DNA from: Vicugna vicugna
Taxonomy: Eukaryota
Assembly: GCA_013265495.1 (NCBI GenBank)
Contig: MU058009.1
Coordinates: 4,470,739 to 4,534,738, forward strand
DNA length: 64,000 nucleotides
Reading direction: 5' to 3'
In this document: positions 22,956 through 36,101 of the stretch, piece after piece
Layout of the letters: each line of letters begins with the position of its first letter
Numbering within the stretch: the first letter of the stretch is position 1
Notes under the pieces: model-generated
Databases searched by the model: none
Told to the model about the DNA's origin: nothing
What the model saw: the letters and a program-made list of their open reading frames with translations, nothing else
Made by a program: the position numbers and the translations under genes

Positions 22956-24396
22956 CTCAACACTTCACGTCTCCAGTCAGCGGGAGGGAAGATGAGCGCC
23001 AGATTCTCATTTAGAAGAGTTCCACGCTTTTTTGACGCATAATTTAAATCCATTGTCATCGCTGTGGTCATTCTATGAAAGGGGCCCAGTCAAAGACCAA
23101 ATCACCTCATTTTTTTAAAGCCTTTTTTGTTTCTTTTCCAGAAACATCCCTCCCCGTCTCTCTGGACAGCACCAGCCAGGACGTGCCCCACGGGAAACGC
23201 GACGTGATGACTCGTAACTTTCCAAGAGCCTTGGGTGTCTTCCTTTAGGAGAAACAAGAGGAAGCTCGTAATTGCCTTTGACTCAGTTTCAAATAACTTG
23301 TGTTTTGAGGATGGAATGCAAACTATAGGGAACAAATTCCTACTAAAAAGAATTTTCTCACTCAGTGATTGTGGGCACCTTTTTTCTTTTTTCTTTTCCA
23401 GCAAGAGAGCTCTCCTCAGTGCCCTACATCACAGGCACACACTTGAGTCCCCTCTGCAGATTATCGGGGCCTGCAAACTGCATTTAGTTTATTCCAGTCC
23501 TCTCGCTCCCTTCCATTCTTTTCCATCCTGTTCCATTTCTCCTGGCAGACAGTAACCGAGCATGCATCCATTAGGACTGCCTCTGACTTTAAGGTGCTCT
23601 CAACTAAGTCAAGCGACAAGGGCAATAACACTGATATGGATGACTGTCATGAGGCGACGACAACATCAAATGGAATGTTAATGTCTTAAAAGAAATCTGC
23701 AAAGCATACTCTGGGGATTAAGAGCAGGAGGTTGAAGCAGCTGTGGGAGGAATCAGAATGCAGACTTTTGCTCAGAAATGCAATCCGTAAAAGCGAAGCT
23801 TTAATCCAAGGGTGCATCCGATTAGAGCATGTTTATCAACTCCCTTCAGGGTAGCTCAGGGGGAGGTGAGCCTCGCACACTCAGATTTTGCAAGGACACA
23901 CTCACATGCGATTTTGAAATTAGCGACGGCCTATGTGGGACGGATACTGAATACACTGGTTGGAAATAAGTGTTCTAGGAGACCAGTTAGGCAGGTGACT
24001 CAGGTCTCCTGTCACTGACTCCTTTCACGGCGTCTTACTCATCCTCAGTTTTGTGCCAGGGGCTCCGACAGGCACGAGAGGCAGAGTCTTGAAGACTGGA
24101 AGACAGTCCCTGTCGCTAAGGGTGAATGTCCTTTTAATCAAGAGGCATCTGAGCGCCCCTCTGCGTCCCAGCCCCGAGGCAGTGCCAGCCACACTCCTCA
24201 GAGCCTCCAGGTGGGGGAGGAGGAGTCAGGCCTCTGCAGGCTGTGTGGGGACAGGGACGAGCAGATGCAGAACGCCCGGAGGCGGAAGGTTTACTACGAT
24301 CAGTGCTGCAGGCCTTTCAGAGCACGCTGCTGAGATGCATCATTTATGAAAGCGTTTTTATTTGCAGCTATGCTTCTGACAAGCGTCAGGATGGTG

Positions 24397-24427
24397 GTGT
24401 GTGTGTGTATATATATATATATATATT
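24397..24427. repeat. (TG)n(TA)n compound microsatellite
   Basis: gtgtgtgtgtgtatatatatatatatatat read directly. Confidence 0.9.
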
Positions 24428-25402
24428 TTCTGAAAATTCTTCCTAGTTCTCATTGGGAAGAAGTTCGGCTCCTCCTGAGACTCGTCTTTTCCTCTTGAGC
24501 TGTGAAGAGACCAAGCTGAGACACACCCGTCTGGCCACTGGGAACTCTGAATCTGACCAGTGAGAGATTCTCTCTCGTCAGCGTGGGCCGAGCAGTTCCA
24601 AACCCAGACTCTAACAGAGCTTCAGGCCACCTAATGAGCTCGGAATCATGGCAGTACAACCAGGAAAAGAATTTGGGGCTTCGCTATGTTCAGAATCTGT
24701 TAATTTATGAAACCAAGATGACAGCGTCAAGCTCTTCATCTCTGACACGAAGTCTCAGGATAATGTCATAAAACGTCACTATGATGCCGTAGAAAACTGA
24801 GGCGTTCACAGAGCAGGTCTCTGGAGAGCTCTGACGGTGCCCCACGGGGCCTTCCCCGAGGCTGGCCAGTTGTCTACACTCGCTCAGTGGCTACCACGCG
24901 CAGACTGCACACTGGTTCCCCAGAGCCTGCGGTGACACGGGCGCGGCCTAGTCCACACGTGACCTCCAGCCCCTTGTCACCAGCTGCGCTCCAGGAAAGC
25001 GCAGCCTGGAGTCCCAGCCTCTCTGGCCACCGGGCTTGGCCACGGGGGCCCGGGAGACCCCTGCCTCGTGAACAAAATGACACACCCCCAGGGGAAAATA
25101 CCCCTTCTCTTGGCCCCCTTGCCCCTTTTTCTTCACTTGAGTGTGGGCGTGACGGCCGGAAGGCAGTGCCAGCCTGCAGCAAGGAGGTCGGAAGGGAGGG
25201 CTGCTGCCCCCGCACTGCTGGGACTCCCTGCTGTCCTGACAGGATGCAAACAAATCTCTGTTAGTTAAGCCACTGCCTGTCTGTCTGCTCCTTGTAGCCA
25301 AACACAGCCGTGTGTCCTGTATCTATACAGAAAATTTTTCTTGACTGTCCATAGTTGCCTGGCTCTTTTCCAGATGCTAGAGGTAAGGAAAGACAAGGCT
25401 CA

Positions 25403-25545
25403 GTGTGTGAGTGTGTGTATGTGTCTATGTGTATCTTTTTCTGTGTATGTGTAAATGTGTGCATATATGTGTGCGTATGGTTGTACATATGTGTGTGTAC
25501 GTGCGTATACGTGTACGTGTGTGCCTGCGTACGTGTGTGTGTGTG
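25403..25545. repeat. Degenerate (TG/TA/CG)n alternating purine-pyrimidine tract
   Basis: Visible directly; produces the low-complexity ORFs THTHT.. and VCVCV.. Confidence 0.9.
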
Positions 25546-27449
25546 AGATGGAGGAAGTAAAGCAGGTAAGGGGCGAGGAGTGCGGCAAGCTGGTGGGGGC
25601 TCTTGCTTCGGGAAGGCGGCCACAGGAGGTCTCCCTGATTCAGGTCAGGAAGGAGTCTCGGGGGGAGAAAGGCCTGCCCAAGCAGAGGCGAGCTCCAGCT
25701 CCAGCTCCTGCAGTGGGACCAGGCTTGGGAGGCCTGGGGGACAGAGAGGGGCCCTTTTTGGCTCCAGGGGAGGAACGATAAAGGTGAGGTCAGGGAGGGA
25801 ACCAAGCCAAGTGACCCGGGTGTCTGAGGTCACTGAAGACCTTTGGCTTTTACTCTGTAATTTTTGAAAGAGCTACTGCGGACACAGGGGGAGGTTACAG
25901 TAGCATTCCCAAATGGGAGGCCAAACCCTCCGCTCTTTTATGCATGTAACTATAACACATATGCACATATATTTTTACAAACACCGATGCTGGTGGTTAA
26001 ATATCCCAGTTTGTAGTCAATACACATGATCCTATCTCTCTGGAAACCTTCAAAATACGCTGCCTGGGACTCCAAGCCTCCGATCAGATGGGAGCAGGAA
26101 GTGCTGTTCATGGTTTTGGGGAACACGAGTTATGTGTCTGAATACATCATCTGTTTTTATACATTTCATTTTACCCTTCTACCCTAAAGTTATAAAGGAG
26201 ACAGAAAAAAATATTTTCACTTCAATAATTTCATTTCAAATCAAAAGAAAATTACTGGTAGCATGACTTAAACAACGTCTCAAACTGACTATTTACATTG
26301 CTTAGCGGCTCGGGGAGAATCAGCCAGGAAATGCAGCATCAACAGTGTAGCCGAGGTCTCAGCCGTCAGGGACAGCGGCCACCAGCCAGCTCCTCCTGGT
26401 CCTCGCGGATCTCACAGCCCAGTCTACGCCCGAGGTCTCCGTATTTTCCATCCCATCATAATCAGACTCTCCCCAGGCTTTCATTATGTTTGGAGACCCA
26501 CCAGTCACAACACGGCTGCAGGTTCCCAATTTGTCTATTCAATTTAAGACAGAATTAGATGATTTTCACCCAAGAGATAGTCTAACAGCAATGTATGCAG
26601 ACGCTGAACCTGTCCAGGCATATCCACATGCTACAAAGGGGGCTTGAATTTCCGTTTTTGGTACTTTAGCAGGGAATCTGAAGAGGGTCCTGATGTTTCA
26701 AAATGATGTGTACCAAGATGCAGTGGATTTTTTTTCTCTGTAATGAGACACCCTCCACATATGAAAAGGAATGAAAACTCATATTTTGAGAAAACTCGGT
26801 GGTTCCAAATCTTAGAAAAAAATGAAAGCCAGCAGAGGTGGGTACATGCTACACAAATGGACTTGAATTCAGAGGTGAGGACAGTTCTGATGGAGATACT
26901 CTCTTGGTCCTTCTGGAGTCTTAAGGAAAAGCCATGCTGCCAGAATAATCCGAGTCGGCTCCCCTCGCGGTGGTAGCGTCTTTTAAACTGCAGCCGGGGA
27001 CTTATAGCAGGAGGGCCAGGAAAGGAAGGGACAGGGACCAGAACTGGACAAGGCCACCACGGGCTAACGGACGGGCTGTCCCCAGGTGTAAGGGGAGGGG
27101 CGGGGAAGTTTCCCTCTTCCAGGCACGACGTGGTACAGGAGCAAAGAGCAGGCGGCGATCTGCAGAAGCAGCGAATGTTCAGCTGAGATGGTGACCCCAC
27201 CGTCACCGGGACCAGGCACGATGCTCCAAACGGCCACCCTGGCTCCCTCGGGGAAGCTGAGAGGGAGGGCTTGTCAGGGGTCCGGGGGTCCTGCCTGGGT
27301 ACCATGCCATGGTCACTGTGCCAAGCCTGGTACCACATGATGCCCTCCCCAAAACAGAAGTCCACTAGTTGTCTGTGGAGGGGGATCCAGCGCATGTCAC
27401 ACAGGCCACACAGTGACGGGTCAGGTGAGGCAGATGATTTCAGGTTTAA

Positions 27450-27650
27450 AACTCAAACCCTGGACCTGTGGGGTCTGGATCCTGTTGCCCCACTTACTGC
27501 CCGAGAGATTGAGGGCCCTGGACTTTCCTCTCTGTAAGTCAGCATCCTTAACCCAAGCACCAGACATGAACAGTAACTCCACTACCGGTTTATCCTGAGG
27601 ACCAGATGGTTCTCACTCTGAAGGCTACGCTGGCACACGGGACGCACTCA
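27450..27650 (+). mobile_element. MIR SINE
   Basis: gacctgtggggtctggatcctgttgccccacttactgcc..ctttcctctctgtaag. Confidence 0.55.
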
Positions 27651-28069
27651 GCTCCTGCCGACTTCTGTATCAACTGCAGGCAGTTAGCATGAGGGCACAT
27701 TCTGCCCACAGGCAGCAACATGAGAGCCTTCAGCCAACATCCAGAGAGTACCCCAATTCTGGGCAATTAGAACAGAAAAAACGAGGTGCGGTCTTGGGTT
27801 CGGGGAGCCAAAGGAACCAAGCTCACGTCTACGGATCTTGTCTCAAAGCCGTGCTTGGAGGAGCTGGGGAGCGGACGGCCTTCGGCTCTGAAACTCAGGT
27901 CCAGAGTTGCTTGACTACCTCGTACAGCGCATGGAAATCGAGGCAGGACCCTGCTGTGGAGGGAACTAAACACGGGAAAAGCAGGAGGCTGTTCCGGGAG
28001 CTTAGCGCAGCCAGGGTTCCTCCTCAGTCAGTGGCTCGGGGCCGCGCCCCGCTGCCCCCCACGCAGGAT

Positions 28070-28250
28070 TGTTCAGCTGCTCTAAAGGTGGGCATTTACC
28101 AACCCTGCCTGCTTGTTCCTTAAATACATAACCCTCAGGGGGACCTCCTGGGAAATCTGATTTGATAGGTCTGGGGTGGGACCTGAAATGTGTACTTTTA
28201 CAAGAGCCCGAAAAATTCTTACGACCAGGCCGTCCGGAAGCCGCTACAGC
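28070..28250. mobile_element. MER5-like hAT MITE
   Basis: tctgatttgataggtctggggtgggacctgaaatgtgtacttttacaagagccc is typical of the MER5 core. Confidence 0.65.
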
Positions 28251-28720
28251 AGGAGGGTGGTAACCGGCCCCGACGCGCGAGTCCCGGGAACTGCTTCCCG
28301 AGCCCGCCTCGGGCCCCAGCTCCGGCGGGGCCGCAGGGCCTGGGGACGCCGCGCGGGCGCGGCTCTGGCTGCCGCGGACTCGTCCTCGCGCGCTGCAGAC
28401 TGACGCGCTGTCCGTGTCTAACTGGAGCCCAGCGCCTGGCGCCGTCCTGCGGGGCCTGGGCTCGCGCAGCATCGCCTCTTCTTTGCCGCTCCCCGGGCGC
28501 CCTGGCGCTTCCCAAACGGTCTCAGTGCAGCCAGGCCTCTGGGCCACCGCGACCGAAGCCGCCCACGCAGCTGGACGCGGACGGCGGGCAGCGCCCCGCA
28601 CCCAGGGCCCGGCCCCAGCCCGCGCCCCCGAGGGGGGCCCAGGGCGCGCAAGGCTGCGCCGGCTCCACCGAGACTCCCAGGCTCCGGCGCCCGGAACTGC
28701 GCCTCTCCATAAACACTGGG
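28230..28720. promoter_or_regulatory. Intronic CpG-island-like GC peak
   Basis: About 500 bp of very high GC with dense CpG (cgcgcg, ccgcgg, gcgcgc) between ordinary-composition flanks. Function is not shown by the sequence. Confidence 0.65.
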
Positions 28721-29889
28721 GTCCTATAAGCTTACATGCACAGAGCGGGCAGGTACCTCTGACTACGCCCTCCTTTAATGACACTAGCGTGGTCCTCCTG
28801 CTGAGGGAGGGGCGAGGAGAGAGAAGACGCTCACATTTGGTTACATCTCCAAGATATGCAGATCATCTCGAAATTTCGAGAAATCTGTTACCGAGTCTTG
28901 TTTTTGTTTGAACTCTGAGGAGGAAAAACAAGGAAATCTAAGGGAGAGGATGTGGACTATTAATGATACCACAGATGCTTGTGCACAGGGAGGGGACACT
29001 CAAGCCAGACCAGCAGCCGGCCTCCCTGTTGCAGCCTGTCCCTGCCGCCGCGGGCGGGCACTCCGTGGAGCTAGACAGGTGATCTGGCGCCTTGACCTAC
29101 GTCTCTGCTTGGCTGACGGCCACTTGCTCTAACCCCTAGAACTGCTTGCTCCCTAGTAAGCCTCCCCTTCCCCAGAGAGTCATGGGCTCCTCTCCGCCCA
29201 CCATGTTGTCATTGGTCTTTCTTTCTATTTTTATACTCTCTCTTCTTCCTGGTACATTTCCATGTCTCAGGCACTCGTCCCTCACCCCGTCCTCTTTTTT
29301 TTAAAACCATGAGCCTCCCCCAGCCACCGCCTGTGGCTCCCGGAGGAGCGCCCCTCTGTCCCATCCCTGCTGGGCTGCTGGAGTCGTCCTCTGCTCCCGG
29401 GCCCCTGGCCCCCCTGCCCGCCCGCCCTTCCCTCTCTGAAGCTCCTGCTCTCCCCGATACGCTTCTCAGTTGCTTCACTCTGAACACACGGGGCTGACAG
29501 AATGGGGACACCGAATACGGTTACAATAATGTCAGCAGCTCAGGGGAGAAAAATGAAAAGGGGAAAAAGGAAAAAAATAGCAGGTTTTAATTAGATATCC
29601 GTGGCACTGACTCACACTGAATATGCAAATTTTAGCCCTTTTATTGTTAAGTGAAATGAGAGTTTTATTTAAATGTAAAAATGGCTGGGAGATGAGGCAG
29701 GGTAATTAAGCAGCACTGAAATGCACACCCATGTTTCACGAAGCACGTAACCACATGTGAGAGCCAAGGGGCCCGGCTCCCAGCGGGGAGCAGAGCCATC
29801 GCTCAACAGGGCGCCTGCCTCAGGACGCTGACGCCGACTGGCTAGTGTGTGTGCTGTGGGCTCCGGCTCAAAGGCACCTCACTCCCCCG

Positions 29890-30020
29890 AGCACATCTGA
29901 TCCTCACAGCAACAGCCTGAGAAACAAACACAGGGCTGACTGGCTGGCTCCATCCTACAGATGAGAATTAGAGGCTCAAAACCGTAGGGAACTCATTCAA
30001 GATCTCGCTGGTCAGTAACA
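29890..30020 (-). mobile_element. MIR SINE
   Basis: tgatcctcacagcaacagcctgag..ccatcctacagatgagaattagaggctca..caagatctcgctggtcagtaacagag. Confidence 0.7.
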
Positions 30021-31354
30021 GAGGCACCTGGCCTCTTTCTCCTATTCGACATGGCCAGCACTGGGGTCTCAGCACCAACGAGAAAGGTTAGCTTACAAAG
30101 ACAAAGAGAAGAAACTGAGCTGTAAAAAAGTAACGTCTCTACCTCCATTTGCTGACGGCATTTAATTGCAACTTTGGGGAATAAGCCTGGTGGCAGGGAA
30201 ATTGCTACCCTACCTCAAAGGCTCTTCTTTGTGCCATTATTAGTGCTCTGAACCACTGTCGTAGCTGAAGAAATATAATCCACAGCCTTCACTGAGGTGG
30301 TAATGATCCTTGCTTCCACTGCTCAGATGCACTGATCATCTGTGTTTGTCAGGAAGTGTGCATTTTCCTGTCTCCACAATTGCATACAGTGCTTTAATTA
30401 TAACAGTGCAAATCTGTTAGCAAATAGAAGCTAACAATGCATTAAAGAGATGAAATGCTTCTGAAATTAATTCCAAGAATAAAAGGTGTGCCAATATTAT
30501 AAGTGTGAAGTTATGGAAATTCTTAAAAGAACGAATGAATAAAAATTAAACATTTAATTTTGATCTCTCAATAAGTGAGATCTCTCTGAAAATGGATGTA
30601 AGCACTATATTTAATGGAAAAACCAAGAGGCAATTGTATGAAGGCAGAAATAACACACAGAATGCCAGTCAGAATCATCAACATTCAACGTGTTTTTGAA
30701 ATTCCAGCCAATGCAATGAGACAGGAGAAGGAGGGAAAGAAATACACAAAGAATAAGACAAAAGCCATCTTTCCTTAAAACTATTCTCTATCTTAATAAC
30801 CCAAGGATTGTACATATTCTACCTTATTTAAAAAATTGAAGGATATACAGATGAGTTGGATTTTTTTAAGTAACTAAGCATGCTAAAGATGTAGATATCT
30901 TTTATGTACCCTGTGACGTGAAAGGAGAGAGGTCTGTTTCAAAACTGTATTGAAGTTTTTTTTTTTTTTCAGTTTAGGAAAAAAATGTATCAAAGTAGAA
31001 GAGCCAAATGCATCTTCCCTAATTTATTACTAAAATAACTTCCAAAAATTCAGAAAAAAGAATAATGATAGTCATTGAGGAATAATCTATTTCCTAAAAT
31101 TAACTAGAGATGATACTATGTGTAAGGGAACTTGAGCCGGACTGAGTAAATAGAGGTATCTTCAACTCATGGCAAAACGTAGCTTTCTGAAACAAAGATT
31201 TCAAAGGAGGCAGGAAGGAAGCTTACATCCTCTGTTCCTGTCTGTCTCCTTGCACAGATGAGGCTTCAACCAAGAGAGGACTGAGCAGCCATTTGTAATG
31301 TCAGTGCTAACTCAAATGAATGGACACGGTAGTTAATTTGTTGGTTAGTTGGTT

Positions 31355-31822
31355 AGTTAGTGCCCAGTAACATGCTACCTTAAAACTTGGTGGCTTAAAA
31401 CAGTAAATATTTATAGTCTCACACCATTTCTGTAAGTCAGGAATTTAGGAACCACTTATGTAGGTGGTTCTGACTCAGCGTTTTTTATGAGGGTGCAGTT
31501 AAGGGTCTGCATCACCTACAGGCTTGACTGGGGAGGGAGGAGCCACCTTTTCAACATGGCAAGTCAGTACCCACTGTGGGCAGGACCCTCCCTGACCTCA
31601 CGTCAGGGCACCTGGTCTCCCTCAGAGTGAGCTGTCCAAGAGAGAAGGCAAGACACGGGGCGAGGCTGTCTTTATGGTGTAGCCCTAGGAGCCCGCCTGC
31701 CACCACTTGGCTGTGAGCGAAGGTCATCCAAACGGATGCTGATGCAGCACGGTGAGGAGCTACATGAGGACCCAAATATTGGGAGGTGAGGACATCAGGG
31801 CCTCCGGGAGTCGGTTATCATA
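31355..31822 (-). mobile_element. MaLR solo LTR (MLT1F/G/H-like)
   Basis: taaaacttggtggcttaaaacagtaaatatttat..tctgtaagtcaggaattt..aggcttgactgggg. Related to the LTR at 10712. Confidence 0.8.
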
Positions 31823-31999
31823 ACAGATTATCTTTGAAAACACAACAGGCTTGCAACATCAAAGCAGCTTCCAAGCAGATTAGCAAATAAACATGCCTGC
31901 GTGTCATTTACTCAGTTTCTTCAGTCATGACCACGTATCAGAAATTCCAGAGGACAATGAAAACAGCACCATGTCAATAAAACAGAAACAAACCAGGGA

Positions 32000-34900
32000 G
32001 AAGCCAGCTTGACACTGGGAAGTGAACCTCTACGTCCCTATACCTATTTCAGGAATGGAACCAAAAGGTGATCCTAATATTACACAAAGGCAGGGAGTCA
32101 GGAGCGACGAGGTATCCACTGACTATAAGAGCAGGCCATTTCTGAGAATATGTGTTGAGAAAATACTGCAGGAAAAAAAAAGGAAAGACACAAGAATTCC
32201 AGGAAGAGCCCAGTTAAAAAATCGCTTCTGTTGCGCAACATTGTGAACGTGCTCCGTGCTGCTGACGCGTGCTCGTAAAGTGCAAGATGGCAAGTTTCGT
32301 ACTGCGTATATTTTACCATAGTAAAAAAAATTGACTTCCGGGGCCCTAACAAAAATTTTAGAAAAGTATCTGACAACCTCAAAAGAATCAGGAAAAGATG
32401 ATCTCATGAAAAGACTTACGGAGGACAAAGCTGAAAAATAATGCCACAAGATCCGAGAAGAAGTCAGTAAGATGAACCAAAAAGTCCAAGCAGCCAGATT
32501 AGGAGAACAAGATGGGTCTCAAACAAAAATAAAGCTTAAACTTTACACTGGATTTTTTAAATCATTTTTTTCTGTGGGGGGCGGTGAGAAGGTAATTAAG
32601 TTTGTTTGTTTACTATTTTTTTTTTAACACAGGTACTAGGGACTGAACCCAGGACCTGGTGCATGCCAAGCACGTGCTGTGCCACTGAGCTAGACCCACT
32701 CCTTACACTGGATTTTAAACACACTAGCCGTGAAGCTTCAAAAAGCCAAATCAATGCTATAAAGTCCAAGGCTGAGAAGCACTCCCAGGATACACAGAAA
32801 AAGAAATAGAAAAATGTAATGAGAGAGGGAGAGAAAGATGACTAATATGAAGGAGAAGGGTGGAGAGTCAACTTGGGTATAGCTAGGTTTCTTCAGAGCA
32901 AAGCACACAAACCCAACAATGGAGATTTAGTAAAGACTCACTTCCTTGTGCTGAAGAAGGGCTGTGTGTCTGGAGGTGGGATCCTCACACAGGGGGCGAA
33001 GTCGGTTAGGAGACACACTTCCACGCCTCTAGCGAAGAGCTGTAAACCCGCAGGTACATAAAAGAAGGCCTTCCCACCCTTCATAAACAGCTTTAAATGA
33101 GTTCGTCATAAAGTTACAAGAATCAGAAAAGCCACAGAGGGTTCTGCTTCCTCACCAAATGCCAGACATCGGGGGATGGTAACTGCAGGAGTTTTGAGGA
33201 TAAAGATCGTGACCTGTGGATCTCATACTTGGTGTCAAGAAAAGGACATTCCTAAGGGACACCCCCGCAGGCTGGCGCTTCTGCCTGTCCCTGTCCCCAG
33301 CGCTACCACAGCCATCGCGGCAAAACGGGCTTTCCATGGATACACATCACATGGAAGGAGAAATAAATATCTTAAGAATCAGAAAATGCAGCTCTCCCTC
33401 ATCTTTTTGGGAAGCTCACTGACACGTATTCTAAATAATTTAGAGAAGAAACAAAAGCACAGGCTAACAAAGGTCACCCACAAGGGAGGCGTGACAGGGC
33501 TCGTGGGAGCCCGACTTAGGAAGATAAGACAAAGGAGCTGCTGCCAACCGCACAGCCAGGCTAAGTGCAAGCAGGGGTGGCTCAGCACCCGGAGTCTGGG
33601 GTTACAGCTTCAGGCTGTGATCCTGCCAAAGCACAGAGCCCTCGGGCAGGGCGAGCCGGGAGGCAGGGCGCTGCCAGTCTCGTCTCAGGTGAGAGCACAG
33701 GGACAACGCTTCCCTCAGCCTGAGTAATTAGACTCACACAGGTTAAAGACACTTCTGGGAACCTTACACGAAAGGACTAGGATGAATAAAAACAGGATAT
33801 ATTCGCTTCAAGAACTACAGAGGATAAAAGCGAAAAAAGAGGTGTGTTTCAAACAGCACAAGGTATAAAACATGAAGACTACCAGACAGAACAAAAGCGG
33901 AAAACACATCAGCTTTAATCACGCCTGCAAGCGGGTTAAACTCCCTGTGAAGAAGAAAGGGAGGCTCAGAGTGGATTAAAAAAGGCAAACAGAATACATT
34001 TCTGCTCTGTTTACAAAAGACACACCTCAATCCGAATAATACAAGTAGGTTTTTCTAAAAAAGATGAGCAAGTGTACTTTCGATGTTAATAAAATCAAAG
34101 CAAGAAGTACCGTATTAATGTCAGATAATGTTAAATGCAAGATTAAATCATCCAGTTCTAAAAAAGGGGTCACTTATATTGATAAAGGGAACAATGCGTA
34201 GTGAAGTTTTAATTATTTTTAAACTTCATGCATGAAATACATAAAGCAAAAAATATCAGAAATGCATGAAAACACCTTATTAAAATCTGGTATCCACTTG
34301 TGGTTACACAAAGTTTGGGGAGGTCAACAATTCAATATGGCCACACACAGTCTGAATAACAGAATTCTCTCTCAGTGTGGATATATGTGTGTAATATATG
34401 GTATTCATGGAGCATTTTATATTATATGATTATACATAACTAGGTGTGTGTGGGTATATGTATCCAATTATATTTGTGTTGTACGTATGTTTATATGATA
34501 CCTATAATTGGGTGCTCACACATTAACATATATATTTATAAACCTGACAGCCATAAAACGTTTATCAAAATTGACCACATCAATTTTCAAAATTAATTCA
34601 AGAGGTAAAAATTCTGAATCAGCAACATGTTACAGAAGATTGCCAAAAAACTACCCACAAACTAGGCCTCGACCTGAATAAGTTGATAGCCAATTTTTGT
34701 CTAACACTTAAGGAATATAAATTGTTTATTCTATGTAAATAATCCAGAGTACAAAAAACATGGAAAGTTTACCAATTAATTTGGCTATGATCCTACAAAC
34801 AATATTTTCAAGTTTCTTAAGCATTTGGTAAACTACAGACATTCCTACTTTGACAATTAATGCAAAAATAATAAATAAAATATTAAATGGAATGTTTCAA

Positions 34901-35190
34901 TATTACAAAATGTAATATCATTATTTATATACATGTTAATCAAAGGAAAACATGTATAATTATTTCCATAACTTGTCAGAAAAGATAATTTGATAAGGCC
35001 TATTCTTGTGGGAACTAAGTATTTTTATTGAAACAGAGAGCATTCTTTAATGTGATAAGGGGCTCTTTGAAGCAGGCATCATACGTAACGGAAAAGCACT
35101 AGAAATATTTCTACTGCAAAGATGAAAAGGACGTGGATCCCATTAATCATTACTATTATTAAATACTGCTTTGAAATGCCAATAGTGATG
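32000..35190 (+). mobile_element. Very old L1-like (L1M/HAL1) remnant covering ORF1 and the ORF2 5' part
   Basis: A-rich strand with endonuclease-region-like text (gggttaaactccctgtgaagaag..ctctgtttacaaaagacacacctc..taatgtcagataa). No intact ORF. Confidence 0.6.
32557..32702 (-). mobile_element. Camelid Vic-1-like SINE with target-site duplication
   Basis: Reverse-complement SINE (gggactgaacccaggacc..ccactgagctagacccactcc), flanked by the direct repeat ttacactggatttt at 32543-32556 and 32703-32716. Confidence 0.92.
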
Positions 35191-36101
35191 ATTATACTCA
35201 AACTGTTTCTGAAAATAAATTAGGGAAAAAATATTTCCCAACAATTTTTTTGTAAGGCCAGAATTACCTTGATACAAAACCAGACAAATAATATTACAGA
35301 CCAATAGCCCTTATGAAAGTAGATACAAAAATTTTAACAAAATAATGGCAAATTTAGTCTAGTAATTCAAAAAAGGATAGTATTTTATGAACACAAGAGT
35401 TTATTCCCAGGAGTGCAAGGTTGGTTTCACGTAATAAATAATTCATTATAATGCATTATATAATAATCTCAATAGATGCCAAACAAAACATTTGAGGAAA
35501 TACAACATCAGTTCACACAGAATGAAACAGACAAAAACAAAAAAGCTTTTACCAACTAGTAACAGAAGTGAACGTCCTCAATTTGATGAAGGCCATCCAT
35601 GAAAAACCTAGATAACATTTTAGTCAATGAGTAAACATAAAAAACCTTTATAGTTTTCTTCTAACCAAGAAGCTAGCCAACATCATTTGAGTTTAACATT
35701 ATATTGGTGAAGGACCTAGCCAGAGCAATAAGGCAAGAAAAAGAAATGAAGCATGTTGATTGGTAAGGAAAAAGTACATCCATCATTCACAAAAGACAAA
35801 ATCATTTATGTAAAAAATCTTAGGCAATCTAAAAAAATTTACTAGAATCAATGAATAAACTTAGAAATGTCACAAGATGCATGGTAACATACAAAAGTCA
35901 GTTGCATTTCTATGTATTTTCAATGAGCAACTGAAATTTTTAAAATACTCCTTACAGTAGCAATCAAAAACATGAAATATTTTGGAACTATACACTGAAA
36001 GCTAAAATCATCGCTGAGAAAAGTGAAACAAGACCTGAATAAATGGAAGGATACATTCTATGGGTTGGAAAATCAGCACTGTTAAGATGTCATCATCCTC
36101 A

